A stretch of DNA of 63,417 nucleotides, filler included, from Chiloscyllium plagiosum (GCF_004010195.1; 4 parts of one record of this genome joined end to end with filler, not necessarily neighbours in it); one strand, 5' to 3'. Positions 25,760-39,694 are shown, counted from the whole stretch's first letter. Program-made: numbers and translations. The notes: generated from the letters alone by a model not told the origin.

Positions 25760-26085
25760 TTTTTTATTCATTCATGTGATGAAGACATCACTGGCTAGGT
25801 CAGCATTTATTGCCTATTTCCTAACTGGCCAAGAGTTAAGAGTCAACCACATTGCTGTGGGTTTGGAGTCACATGTAGACCAGGCCAGGTAAGGATGGCA
25901 GTTTCCTTTCCTAAAAGGCATTTCTGAACCACCTGGAGCTTTTCCAAAAATTGACAATGGATTTGTGGTCATCGATAGTCTCTTAATTCCATATTTTTGT
26001 TGAATTCAAATCCAGGATTTGCACATTGTCTGGGTCTCCGGATTAAGAGTCCAGTGATAATACCGCTAGGCCTTTGCTTCCTGGG
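25760..26085 (-). mobile_element. tRNA-derived SINE with a family-B tail
   Basis: Reverse-complement homolog of 12840-13140. Confidence 0.7.
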
Positions 26086-28519
26086 CTTACTCCTTAGAGC
26101 TTACATCTTTGATATCTTAGCTATTGCCCACTGAGCTCATATAAGATCATTATAGTGGGTGATGCTTATGGTACTGTGTGATATTAACTCTGTCAGGCTC
26201 AAATACCATAATACAACTCATGATATATAATACAACAGAGGAAACCCTTAACATTTTTGGCAGGGTGCTGGACCTTCACGAGTAGCAATCTCATGATGCA
26301 CACATGACTGGACTGTTGGAAACTAACATTTGCTACAAAAAATGGATTTCATTTTTGGAGAGCCATCACTCACCTTGGGCATAAAATCTACAAAATAGAA
26401 CATTCTACATTCACCTATCAGAAAGCAAATACTAGAACACATGCACATTTAATTGACTGAAACAGAAAATATAAAGCAGAGTGATTAAGGTTTGAAATGG
26501 TTATTCTTATGTATTTCAGTTGCTTTGAAAGCATGGTTTGAGAGAATAATGTGTTCTCAATTGCTGTTAGGAATCCTATAATGACCTCATTAACTTTTTT
26601 ATAATCTTTGAAATTGCAAACAGATAAGATGGGCCAGTTTGCTTTTTATCTCTACCACCCGAGTGTAGTACTTGCTGTCTACATTCTGTCACTTTGCATA
26701 TACAGTAATTCAATGTGAGCTGGCTGTAACTGACTGGTTCTGTTTAAAACAAAATAATCCACAGACTGTAAGTTTCCTTTGTGTGTGATCACAATGTGGA
26801 CTAGACTCGAGAGAACCATTTAACTCATTTTTTCTTATCAGAATTGTTCACGTTGTGAACATTCTGCTTGAGTTAAGAATTCATCTTGGAAATCAGCAAA
26901 TGGCTATCAAAATCTTTCAGGAACAGCACTTTTTAAAAATATACTGGTTATTCTTCCAGTGTTTAGGTCTATAATCACTGATATTTATCTGATTTGTTTT
27001 TCTTCCCACGACTCCCTTACCAGCTGCAAGTTCCCCATTGATAATTTTTTTTGTCTGTGATAAGAGTAAATTGAGTAATCTTTCCAAAGTGTTTGGGAAA
27101 TTGACTTATCTTTATACTTTCACAAAGTTCAGTGTGCACTAAACTGAGTTCTGTTGTAAATTTGTAATCCTTTTCTTCCAAGTGCAACAGGACAGCATCA
27201 ATAAATAAATAAATGTGTTTTCAATTTAGTATCACTTGTGAGTTGAACCTGTGCAAAGTCACATATTACAGCTTTCTAGAATGGAATTAGTTCTAAAAAT
27301 TAACTTTGCTATTTGTAACCACATGGTAGCCTGACAGGGAATTAGTGCCTGAAATTCACATCTTGCATTAGAAATCATAGAAAAATATATTTAATGAAAA
27401 ATGCACTGTAAAAGAGAAAATGCCACAATCTATTCTTATACAGTTTAAAGATCAGATCTAAACAAGGAGTTCCAGAATATGTAACAGCTTTGTTATAGTG
27501 ATTAACTTTTGTTTTACTTTGTAACCTTCCAATTCATCTTCATTTGAAGATGGCAGAAATCAGACTGACTTGAGGCTCATTAGCACTGACTACTAGCTAT
27601 TAAAATTTTGACCTCAAAAAAACTACCTGCAATGATAGATCTAGTAAGATCTGTGCCATAGATTTCACCTTTCCTAATGTTAATTTATTTCAGATACAGA
27701 TCTTTGTTGCTCATTAGTAGTAATGCCATCAAGCAGATTCAGCAGTCAGACACATCGAAGAAATCCACACAGCAAGAGCCCATTCTAATTCCACTGAAAG
27801 GTTAGCAATCTGAAATGTTAACAGTTTTTCTCTTCACAGACACAGCCTGACCTGCTAAATCTTTCCAGTATTTCCAGCAATTTTCAATTTTCAGCATCTG
27901 TAGTTGCGATAGGTTTTGAAAAATATAAGATCCCGAGGGGTCTTAAAATAGATATGGAAAGGACCTTTCTTCTCGTGAGATAATAAATGAGTCAGTATTT
28001 AAAAATAAAGAATCGCCCACTTAAGAGAAAGATCAGAAGATTTTTTTTCCTCATAAGGTTCATTAGTTTTTGAAACTGTCTTCTTCAAAGGAAACAAGCC
28101 TATATATATTTTTAAGGATGACTTAGCAAAATTCTTGATTTGCAAAGGATGAGCACTCTTACTAATAGAACCGTACAGTATGCTTTATTAAATGCTTTCT
28201 CAACTTCTCCTGCTACCTTAAATGACTTTATCGCATGTACAACCAGATCAGTCTGCTTCTGAATCCCCTTTAGAGATCACTGAATCATTAAAGCATAGAA
28301 GAATGTCATCTATGCTAGCTCTTCTAAAGGGTAATTCATGTACTGTCATTCCTCCACTCTCTCCCCACATCCTTGTGCATTGTTTATTTTTAAATCTTTA
28401 CGATATTTAGAAAATGTTTTTCACAGAAGGAGGGCATTGCACCAATAATGTCTGCACCAACTGGAAAATGAGCCACTCGGCCTAATCTCATTTTTGAGTA
28501 TTTTTAAAATATTTCTGGA

Positions 28520-29275
28520 GATAACAGGACTTCAGTTGTTTCTCCAGACAACTGGCTTTGTGCATGGAAAATCGTGTCTCAATAACATGAGTTTTTGAAG
28601 AAGTGACAAAGAAGATTGATGAAGCCAAAGCAGTAGTTTTCGTCTATATGGACTTTAGCAAGGCGAAGTTTGATAAGGTTCTGCATGGTTAGCAAGGTTA
28701 GATCACATGGAATCCAGGGAGAGTTAGGCAAGTGGATACAAAATTGACTTGAAGTAGAAGACAGAGGATGATGGTAGAGGGTTGTTTTACGGACTGGAGA
28801 CCTGTGACCAGCAGTGTGCTGCAAGGTCCACTGCTTTTTGTCATTTATATAAATGATTTGTTGTAAATATAAGAGGTATGGTTATTAAGTTTACAGGTGA
28901 CATCAAAATTGGGGGTTTAATGGACAATGAAGACGGTTATCTCAGAGTACAACGGGACCTTGATCAGATGGACCAATGGACTGAGGAGTGGCAGATGGAG
29001 TTTAATTTAGATAAATGTGAGGTGCTGCATTTTGGTAAGGCAAATCAAGGCAGGACCTATACACTTAACGGAAGGGGAGCGTTGCCAAATAAATAGACCC
29101 AGGGGTGCAGGTGCATAGTTCCTTGAAAGTGGAGTCTCAGGTAGACAGGTTGGTGAAGAAGGTGTTTGACATACTTGTCTTCATTGGTCAGTACATGGAG
29201 TATAGGAGTTGGGATGTCATGTTGCAGCTGTACAGAACATTGATGAGGCCACTTTTAGAATAGTGCTTTATTTTG
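28520..29275 (+). mobile_element. CR1 RT fragment, decayed
   Basis: YMDFSKA, KFTGDIKIGG, LQ/VQRDLD...WQMEFNLDKCEVLHFG. Confidence 0.88.
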
Positions 29276-29561
29276 GTGAAGAAAAAGTGTCCCAGACTGC
29301 CCCCTGAGGAATTCTATTACAGATCTTTATTCAACCCACTACTCACTGTTTCCTGTTAATCATGAACTCCTTACTCACACTGCCCCATTTATTCTTGAGC
29401 TATAACACTTCTCATAGATCTGTTGTGTGGCACTTTATGAGACATCTTTTTGAAGTGCAAGTGCATCAACTGCATTGCCCTCATAAACCCTTTCTGTTAT
29501 GTCGTCAAAGATTCACCAAGTTAATTAATCATGATTTTCCTGTATGAAATCCACGCTGGTT

Positions 29562-30030
29562 TAGAGTCATAGGGTCATAGAGATACAGAGGAACCTCGAT
29601 TATCTGGCATTCGATTATCCGAATATCAGATTATCTGGCAAGATCGCAAGGTCCAGATGCTTGGCTAAACTCTGCTATCCAGAATTTGGTTAACCCAATG
29701 AAACACTCCCCACCTGTGTCCTTCTGATAATCAAGGTTACTCTGTATACAGCACAGAAACAGACTCTTCGGTCCAACTCGTCCATGCTGATCTGATATCC
29801 AAAACGAACCTAGTCCAATTTGCCTGCACTCGGCCCATATCCCTCTAAATCTGTCCTAGTCATAAACCCATCAAGGTACTTTTTAAATGTTGTGATTGTA
29901 CCAGCCTCTACCACTTCCTCTGGCAGCTCATTCTATACATGCACCACTCTGTGTGAATATGTTGCCCTTTAGTTCCCTTTTAAATCTTACCCCTCTCACA
30001 TTAAACCTATGCCCTCTAGTTCTGGACTCC
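29562..30030 (-). mobile_element. CR1 3' end hosting a MITE
   Basis: GTCATAG tail; homologous to 17768-18043. Confidence 0.85.
29586..29744. mobile_element. 159-bp Tc1/mariner (pogo/Tigger-type) MITE
   Basis: TA|CAGAGGAACCTCGATTATC ... GATAATCAAGGTTACTCTG|TA: 19-bp TIRs with 2 mismatches and a TA duplication. The CR1 host sequence is continuous once it is removed. Confidence 0.85.
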
Positions 30031-30054
30031 AATTAATCTGCATTATATTTTGCT

Positions 30055-30830
30055 TTATTAACTCATGGGACGTGCGAACCACTGGCTGTGCCACCATTTA
30101 TTGCCCATCTCAAGTTGCCTTTGAGAAGAGGGTGGTGAGGTGACTTCTTGAACCAGTGCTGTTCATGTGCTGTAGATAAATTGCCAGTCAATTAAGCGGG
30201 TTTCTTTGTGCTGAAAGGCATCAAGCTTTTGATTGTTGTTGGAGCTACACTCATCCACGCTAGTGGTGAGGATTCTATCACAGTCCAGATTTGTGTCTTT
30301 GAGATGGTGCACAGGCTTTGGGGAGTCAGGAGATGTGTCACTCTCTGCAGTTTTTTAACCATTGACTTGTCCGTTTAGCAATTGTATTTATGTGGTAAGA
30401 TCAGTTCTATTTCTGCTCCCTGCTAAACCCCCTCCCCGCCCTCCCCCCCTCCCAGGGATGTTGATAGTGTGGGATTCAGTGATGGTAACACCATTGAATA
30501 TCAAGAGATAGTGGTCAGATTGTCTCCTATTGATGATGGTCACTGCCTGGCATTTGTGTGGCTCAAATGTTACTCGCCAGTTTTCAGCCCAAGCCTGGAT
30601 ATTGGCCAGATCTTGCTACATTTTGAACATAGACTGCTTCTTTATCTGAGAAGTCACTGTGCAAGCATTGGTGAACATTCCACTTTTGACCTTATAATGG
30701 ACGGATGAAGCAGCTGATGATGGTCGCAGACACTACTGTAAAGAACTCATGTTGAGATGTCCGTGACCTCAGATGACTGACCTCCAACTAACACAGCCAC
30801 CTTCATTTATGCAAGTATGACTGTAACCAT
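30055..30830 (-). mobile_element. Family-B CR1/L2-group LINE 3' region with an internal deletion
   Basis: Homologous to 61120-62368. Confidence 0.7.
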
Positions 30831-30839
30831 AATTAGCAC

Positions 30840-31190
30840 CATAGAAACCCGAGAGTGTGGAAAGAAGGCATTTGGCCCATCAAGTCTGCACTGACTCTCT
30901 GAAGAGCATGCCACTCAGACCAAGCCCCCCCCCTTACCCTATCTCTGCTTTTCCCATAGCTAATCTAATATATCCTTGGGCACCATGGGGCAATTCAGCA
31001 TGACCAATCCACCTAACTGCATATTTTTGGACTGTGAAAGGAAACTGGAGCACCCAGTGGAAACCCATGCAGACATAAGGAGAACAGACAAATTCCAAAC
31101 AGACAGTCACCCAAGTGTGGAATCAAACCCAGGCCTCTGACACTGTGAGGCTGCAGTACTAACCAATGAGTTACCATGCTGTCCATATTG
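30840..31190 (-). mobile_element. HE1/V-SINE-type SINE, degenerate
   Basis: Homologous to 31982-32297. Confidence 0.75.
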
Positions 31191-31981
31191 CCAGCTGGCA
31201 CCAATTGTTCATATCCCTATTTTGTTCTGATTTAATATTTCATTACCAAAGTTAAACTGAGTTTCCTGGGGCTGCTTTGCTTATCTTTTCATCCTTTGTT
31301 GAATAAAAGAGTAACATTTTTATTTCTGTCATCCCCGGTGGCATGCTTGATTCGAAGAAACATTGAAAAAACATGGTCAATACCTTGCAATTTCCATTTT
31401 CACTTCTCTCAATATCTTTCGATATATCTCATCTGGTCCTAGTCCCTTGCCAGTTTCAACGTGGATGGCCTATCCTCTGTATCAATTTCAAATCCTACCA
31501 GTTGCTGGGATGACCTGTTTCTTCGTCATGGCCTTTGCTGCATCAATTGCGTAGGCAATGACAGAAGCAAATAATTTATTTAAAATCGTAATAATACCCT
31601 CTGCCTATATGTTTAAATCCCCTTTCTTATTTTTAAAAGACCCTATTCCTCTTTTCACTACTTATGTGCTTATCAAAGGTTCCCGAATTCTCTTTTATGT
31701 TAGATGCCAGTTTCTTCTTACAATCCTTCTGTGAATTTTCATCTCCCCTTTGAACCTTCCATGTTCAGTCTTATTCCCAGTTGTCTTTTCCATCTGAAAT
31801 CTATCCTAAAGTTCACCCTTTCAACTTTGTCTTCATTTCTGCCTGTTTTATCATTTTGGGAAATCTGATGTTGTTCATCCTATACTTCCCTTCAAAGGGA
31901 ATATACATCAGCTGTGCCTGAAATACTTCTTCTTTGAAGGTAGCCCATTGATTAACTGTTGTTTAACTTTGACTACAATAT

Positions 31982-32297
31982 GTTTAGTTTAGTTTCCCTA
32001 CAATGTGGAAACAGGCCCTTTGGCCCAACCAGTCCACACCGACCCTCCGAAAGGCAACCCACCCAGACCCATTTCCCTCTGACTAATGTACCTAACACTA
32101 TGGACAATTTAGCATGGCCAATTCACCCGACCTGCATATCTTTGGACTGTGGGAGGAAACCGGAGCACCCGGAGGAAACCCATGCAGACACGGGGAGAAT
32201 GTGCAAACTCCACACAGCCAGTCACCCGAGGCTGGAATCAAACCTGGGACCTTGGTGCTGTGAGGCAGTGGTGCTAGCCACTGAGCCACCGTGCTGC
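31982..32297 (-). mobile_element. Full-length HE1/V-SINE-type tRNA SINE
   Basis: Reverse complement starts GGCAGCACGGTGGCTCAGTGGCTAGCAC (A box), then GGTTTGATTCC (B box), the conserved core and a (CTAAA)n tail. Confidence 0.9.
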
Positions 32298-35081
32298 CGT
32301 ATATTCAACCAGAATAGTTCTTACACCACTGATGTTGGCTTTCCTTCAATTCTTAGTCTGGTCTTTGTGCTTATCTATTATCAACCAAAGCCTTATCATA
32401 CAATGTTCACTGTCCTCTAAATAGTCTTCTGTATTTGGTCTACTTGGCCCACTTCATTCACAAGTACCAGTTCTAACAATGTCTCCTGCCTCATTGGACC
32501 AGAAGCATACCTACTATTGAGAATGTTTCTGAACACAATTCTTAAGGAACTCTTTACACCACTACTTTCTAGTCTATATTCAGATAATTCAAGTGTGCCA
32601 TCATTTCCCTGTAAGTTTCTTGCAAATTTCTTCATTTAGATCTTTCCTCTTAGATACCAGCAAGAATGCAATTGCAACATTTTGCCTCTTTAGATCCAAG
32701 CAAATAGATTCTGCCATTGACACTTTGGGATATCCTCTTTCTCCAGCACTGCTTTCTTTGTGCTTGCTTACTGAGGGAAGAGGGAAGATGCAGTTACATT
32801 TTACATGATCTTCCCTGTTTAAGGCTAAGTGTCTGGGCTGGGCACCTTTGTGTTGAGTAACTTGCCACCAGTACCACCACAAGAAAAGCTTCTCAGCAAA
32901 TTGGAGGTCTCCCCAGCATTATCCTTCCTTACCAGAAGCTGCTGCCCAGTGCCAGGAAACTCGTTTCTATGTCTTTTGCTTCTTACAGGGTCGGTGATGT
33001 AGGGAGAGGAAGTGTCAGAAGTGATCAAATAAATGTACAGGGACAGCTTTCAGAGGCCATCCACTTTTGCCCCATCTTTGCCTCGGATTGGGCAAATCAA
33101 ACACCTTTCCCCCACCAATCTAGTATGCAGGCTTCCCTTGTTGTCCAGTCTGGAAAGGACCCACTATTCCCTCCTACTGGGATGGCAGCTAATTGGGGGA
33201 TTTAATGAGCTGAGGCTGTAAAGTGGCTCTTAATTGACCACTTTATTGCCTTAATTGCTGGCATAACGAGAAAGTCCATTGGCAGACCTTCCTGTCCAGC
33301 ACTTAATCCATGAAAAACAATCAAATGTCTCTCCATGGGGCCAAGTTACCTCAATTATTTTCCTGTCTCAACACCTCCAGAAAATTGCATCTATTAAGTC
33401 TCCATCATTCCTTTACTGGCATTGCAATCTTTCACCTCCAGAGCAGATGACAATTAATAGAAGTGTAAATAGTAACAAAGTCATGAACACAAGGGGACCT
33501 GCATATTATTCCAAAGGCAAAATGCTGCAGCTACTGGAAATCTAAAATAAAAAAAAAAGAAAATGATGGAAATGCTTTGTAGGTGAAGCATGTAGAGAAT
33601 TAACTTTTCAGGTTGATGACCTTTCATCAGAAATGCATGCATATTACAGTCAGTTCTGAGCAACATTACACCATCAGTGATGCTCGTGAAACCAGCATTC
33701 TCTCATCCAGTTATTGAGTTCAGATGCAATACCTTCAAATGATACTCATTTCAGCAGTCCACATATAATAATTTCTCTCAGTTTGGCAACAGATCAAATT
33801 TTGGAAATCTCATTTGCTGAAAATATTAGAATCAATAAATCATAAATCACAAATTTTCATCCAAATCAGTAATATTGCCACTTACATACAAAAGAAGTCT
33901 TATTTGCTTACATGTTTTCTGAATTTCAATTTGCTGTGGAAATTGGTTCCTTCTTAACTACTATTTCCTAGATAAAGTTTATCAAATGAATAAATGAACA
34001 TAAATTCTGAATATCCAGCTATAACTATGGCAATACATTTAGTTGTTAACACCATTCCTCTACGGAGAACACTGTGTCAATTCCAAGCAATTTTGTTCAC
34101 TCTGTCAGCTGGTCATAGGCTAACTTATTCACAATGAAAAATGGCAGGACAAATTACAGGATATGATAGTAAGGAAGAGATAAGTAAGACTAGCTCAAAA
34201 ATGTATAATGCATTCCGTCATTTCTAAGTGTGATTTTTGTAGAAGATATTAATATATGCTAATTTTTTTCTCTTTAATTCATATGAATTCATTTGTTATC
34301 CACATCTAATTGCCCTTGAGAAGATGATAGTGAACCACATTCCCAAACTGCCATGATCCATCTGGCGTATAACACCCAAAGTGCTGTTAGGAAGAGAGAC
34401 CCAACAACAGAAAAGGAATGGTGACACAATTTGCAGTCAGGATGGTTTGGAGACAGACTAGCACACAAACGGACCAACTGGTGAACTGAGTGATTGATAC
34501 TGACTGATCAACTGCTGAGAGTTAAGATGGAGACTATTTACACTAAAGCATCGCATGTCATGATGCCACGTGCCTTAAAGAGGTAGCATCTTGATAAGAC
34601 AAACTTCAAGATTCACATGAAAGCTGAGAAGGAAGATTTTACTTTGCTTACAAAGACTTAATTCTGTACTGACAGAAGTAGACCCATAAGCAAACTTGAG
34701 GCTTTATTCACCTGTGCATACCTAATTTCCAAACAGTGTGATTCCCACCTTTAATCCACTTGTGTGCCTGCTGGAGACTATTTCAACAGTACTCCATTGG
34801 AGGGCTCCTGTCACATCACCAATGTAATTACAAATGGGTTTGGATGGGACAATTATGATAATGAGATCCATTAGTTAAAGGGACTCATGTCTCAGATACC
34901 CACCCATCTCACTTTAAATTAAAATAATGGATAATTGAGCAATTTATTTGTGGATGTAAATATAATTGAATGATTAACAGATAATTATTATCTTAAAGTA
35001 TTTAATGAGGATAAGACGTTTTCTATAATGAAGGGATTTTTACCAATTTTTGCTTGGCTTTTAACATGTGCATTTATTCAG

Positions 35082-35122
35082 ATTTGGACAACATTTTTTG
35101 ACAATTTGTTAACAAACACATG
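35082..35122 (+). other. Candidate exon (unassigned), 41 nt
   Basis: Branch-like TTTTAAC, catttattcAG acceptor, ATG|GTAAGA donor; phase 0 reads IWTTFFDNLLTNT. Confidence 0.3.
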
Positions 35123-35213
35123 GTAAGAATGTGTTAAATGTTGTGGAAGATGGTGAATTTTTATTGCCAGAACTCAACATAGTAGATGAACTAACTTTAG
35201 CTGGATCCAAGAG

Positions 35214-36803
35214 CCCAGCAGCATATTTACAGCAACATATCCCAGCAGCATATTTACAGCAACATACCCCAGGAGCACATTTACAGCAACATACCTCATC
35301 TGCACATTTACAGCAACATACCTCATCTGCACATTTACAGCAACATACCCCAGCAGCACATTTACAGCAACATACCCCAGCAGCACATTTACAGCAACAT
35401 ACCTCATCTGCACATTTACAGCAACATACCCCAGCAGCACATTTACAGCAACATACCCCAGCTGCACATTTACAGCAACATACCTCATCTGCACATTTAC
35501 AGCAACATACCACAGCAGCACATTTACAGCAACATAACCCAGCAGCACATTTACAGCAACATATCTCATCTGCACATTTACAGCAACATATCCCAGCAGC
35601 ACATTTACAGCAACATAACCCAGCAGCACATTTACAGCAACATATCCCAGCAGCACATTTACAGCAACATACCTCATCTGCACATTTATAGCAACATACC
35701 CCAGCAGCACATTTACAGCAACATACCTCATCTGCATATTTACAGCAACATATCCCAGCAGCACATTTACAGCACCATACCCCAGCAGCACATTTACAGC
35801 AACATAACCCAGCAGCACATTTACAGCAACATACCCCAGCAGCACATTTACAGCAACATAACCCAGCAGCACATTTACAGCAACATAACCCAGCAGCACA
35901 TTTACAGCAACATAACCCAGCAGCACATTTACAGCAACATAACCCAGCAGCACATTTACAGCAACATAACCCAGCAGCACATTTACAGCAACATAACCCA
36001 GCAGCACATTTACAGCAACATAACCCAGCAGCACATTTACAGCAACATAACCCAGCAGCACATTTACAGCAACATAACCCAGCAGCACATTTACAGCAAC
36101 ATAACCCAGCAGCACATTTACAGCAACATAACCCAGCAGCACATTTACAGCAACATAACCCAGCAGCACATTTACAGCAACATAACCCAGCAGCACATTT
36201 ACAGCAACATAACCCAGCAGCACATTTACAGCAACATAACCCAGCAGCACATTTACAGCAACATAACCCAGCAGCACATTTACAGCAACATAACCCAGCA
36301 GCACATTTACAGCAACATAACCCAGCAGCACATTTACAGCAACATAACCCAGCAGCACATTTACAGCAACATAACCCAGCAGCACATTTACAGCAACATA
36401 ACCCAGCAGCACATTTACAGCAACATAACCCAGCAGCACATTTACAGCAACATAACCCAGCAGCACATTTACAGCAACATAACCCAGCAGCACATTTACA
36501 GCAACATAACCCAGCAGCACATTTACAGCAACATAACCCAGCAGCACATTTACAGCAACATAACCCAGCAGCACATTTACAGCAACATAACCCAGCAGCA
36601 CATTTACAGCAACATATCTCAGCAGCACATTTACAGCAACATATCCCAGCAGCACATTTACAGCAACATACCTCATCTGCACATTAACGGCAACATAACC
36701 CAGCAGCACATTTACAGCAACATATCCCAGCAGCACATTTACAGCAACATACGTCATCTGCACATTTACAGCAACATACTCCAGCAGCACATTTACAGCA
36801 ACA
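35214..36803. repeat. 27-bp minisatellite, about 59 copies (CCCAGCAGCACATTTACAGCAACATAA and variants)
   Basis: Directly visible; variant units (CCTCATCTG) at both edges and a homogeneous centre. Confidence 0.98.
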
Positions 36804-36954
36804 GCCAATTAGAAAGTTGCTATGAGAGCTGACATTCAATTTGGAACAATGGCCCAGTGCCGAGAGCTGCCAGTCTAAACAGAGGGCTGCCAGTTCAGCA
36901 TCCTTAGCAGACCCATTGCTGGTGGTAACATTTATTATTACTGCTTGACCTGGG

Positions 36955-37212
36955 AAAGGACATACAAAAGTTTGAAAACACATACCAACAGATTCAAGAA
37001 CAGCTTCTTCCCACTGTTATCAGACTTAAACGGACCTCTCATATATTAGAGTTGATCTTTCTCTGCACCTTCCCTGTAGCTATAATATTGTATTCTACAT
37101 TCTGTTCTATTACCCTGAAGTACTTATGTAAGAAATGATTTGTTGGATAGCATGCAAAAAATACTTTTCACTGTATCTCAGTACATGTGACAATAATAAA
37201 ACAAATCAAATC
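36955..37212 (+). mobile_element. Rex1/Babar-type 3' end
   Basis: THTNRFKNSFFP-like coding end; TTTTCACTGTATCTCAGTACATGTGACAATAA...AAATCAAATC tail homologous to the reverse complement of 8412-8465. Confidence 0.75.
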
Positions 37213-39661
37213 ATTGAGAAGCAGTCAGTATGGTTGGCAGGAGCTAGTGTCAGTTGGGCAGGATGGGAGATGGGGTTGGGAGCATTCATGGGCATGGGCA
37301 GCACTGTTGCTTTAAAGACAATCATTGCTAACTGGGGACTCCCCAAGGAATGCATATAAAGGTGCAGCAGCAGACCATTGTGATGTGGAAAATGACCTTT
37401 AATCAGTCAATTAAGTGGTGGGCACAATGAGCGACCATCATGCCAATGTTCTTGCGGCTGGCAATGTGACAGGATGGTGGGAAGATATCAGAGACCCCTC
37501 CCAATGCCTTCCCTCACCATTTTGTCAGTTCTGTTTCCTCTCAGATAGGTTGGGAAAATACAAACCCAATGAAGTTTACAATGAACAAAAACAGTTGTAA
37601 ATTCCATTAACATTGCACAATGTTATGCAATTGCAAAAAGAATATGGCATCAATATACAATTCACACACCTGGCAAATAAAAGTTTTCCTTTCACTAATG
37701 ACAATAATACAGACAGCTGGAATGGACAATTGGCAAATGAGCATTAAGAGAAATGATAAAATCATAATGTTATTAGAATTTTGTAATGTTATTTTTGTAT
37801 ACGTAGATCTCCTGAGATTAAGGTAAAAATAAATATTTCTTTACTCAAATATGTTTGCATTTTATTTTTTAGAACATGGAAGTGGAATTATCACATTTGG
37901 ATCCTTTTGTTAGATATCCATTCTCAATGTTAATAGACTTCTAAATTATAAATTCTGCTCATACATCGCTCATATTTTGTTGTATTATTTCATTGGAGCA
38001 TTTTTCACTTCACACACAAACACAAAAATATTTTTTTAAAGTTCGTGTCATGTAGTTCTTTCATAAATATATAAATGTAGTCAATATGCATTGTTTCATA
38101 TGGAACTGCATTTTTTTCTCTTTCCTTGTTGTAAATTTAGTTTGCATTTAAGAAAAAGCATGAGAAGTAGGAGAAAGAGTAAATCATTCCGCCTATGGAA
38201 CCTGCCTTACATTCGATAATGTCATGGCTAATATGATTGTGCTTTAACTTCACTTTGCTGCCTGCATCAGTTTGTCAACTAATAATCTGTCTAATTCAGC
38301 CTTGAATATATTCAATGACTCTGCACCCACAGCTTGTTGGGCAATGGAATTACAAACACTAACAACACTTGGAAAGACTCATCTGCTAATTTTTTGCCTG
38401 CTCACTAAACTTATCAATGTCACTTTGCAGATTCTACATATCATCCTCATAGTTTGCTTGCCTATTTACTTTTGTACTGTCAGCAAATTTGTCTACAATA
38501 CTGTCGTTCCTGTCATTCAAGGCATTAATAGAAATCATAAACAACAGTGTAATTGTTATCACCTCACAAAAAGGCCACAAAACCTCATCTGCTCTTGGCT
38601 AGATTTGGAAATTGTTAATATTTCTTAACTACTTATACTTACTTACATGTGATTGCTTACTTCATTGAGTTACTTTCAACTTTTACATGAAAACTTGAAA
38701 ATGAAAGAAGAAAATCAATTATTTGAAAACACAAATGGTAGTGTAATGCAAATTTATCATGTATTCATCATTAATAATAACATCATTATTATTTGGGAAG
38801 TTGTGTTCCAAAGCAGAATCAAATGGTTTTTTTTTTGCATTTTCGTTCTGTGAATTTTTTTTGAGCTGTTATGATATATAGTAAGTGAGGTCAAAAGTTT
38901 GGAATTGTTTCAACTAAGAAAAGACGTACATCAGCAAAAGGGCAGTCTCCATGCTCTCAGAGATGGAAAGAAGTTTCTTGCTCTTTTATATAGGGCTGAT
39001 AAAAGTCCTGAACGTTTCTTAGAGTTAAATAAGAAAATTCAATGGGTCAGCCATCTGTATCTCAGGTAGAGGTAGAGAAACCCACATATGGTGAATGTAT
39101 CAAAAGTCACTAAAAGGTAACACTTGTAATCTCATTAGTTGGGTAAGAAAAGAAAGAATTATGATAGGAATGATAGTTCAGTGGAGTTGAATGACTATAT
39201 ATTACTGGGAAAAGGGGTTGAATCTTTTTTATGTTAAAAGTACATTGACAATCCTGTATGCATATGTTCAGTAGCTGGTCACCACAGCAATCAAATTGCA
39301 AAAATAAAATAATGATATATTAACACAGGAATCTGATTTTTCCAGCATCATTTGGGATCATAGCAGAAACAATTGTTCAGAATTTGTATCCCTTTGTTTT
39401 ATTTTGGGTTTTTTTTCTGTTATACAAATATGTAAAATTTCATATCTAATCCAAAATATATTTCAAAATGTTTAGACAAAACTTTTCTGGAATTATGAAA
39501 TACCACCACAATAAGTTAAATAAATATCAAGATTGAAAGTGTATTTAGTATCTTGATAAGTATTTGAATGCCAGTGATACTTAATTTTAGTTTCTTACTA
39601 CCTGTACTGCATGTAGTGAAGAGATTAATAAACTTGGTGCAATATTTTCTTGTATTCACAG

Positions 39662-39694
39662 CATCAAAAAGATGGAAGCATTAACATGCAATTA
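39662..39694 (+). other. Candidate exon (unassigned), 33 nt
   Basis: attttcttgtattcacAG acceptor and |GTAAGT donor; frame-preserving, open as HQKDGSINMQL or IKKMEALTCN. Confidence 0.3.

Noticed and set aside
27694..27800. Plus-strand exon YRSLLLISSNAIKQ...
   Set aside because: Weak donor that overlaps the start of a decayed pLTR fragment.
35214..36803. CRISPR-like array
   Set aside because: No unique spacers, no cas genes, vertebrate context.
35174..36808. 544-aa, His/Gln-rich and Cys-rich ORFs as genes
   Set aside because: A by-product of a 27-bp unit lacking stops in several frames; the + frame is broken at 35689 and nothing indicates selection on any frame.
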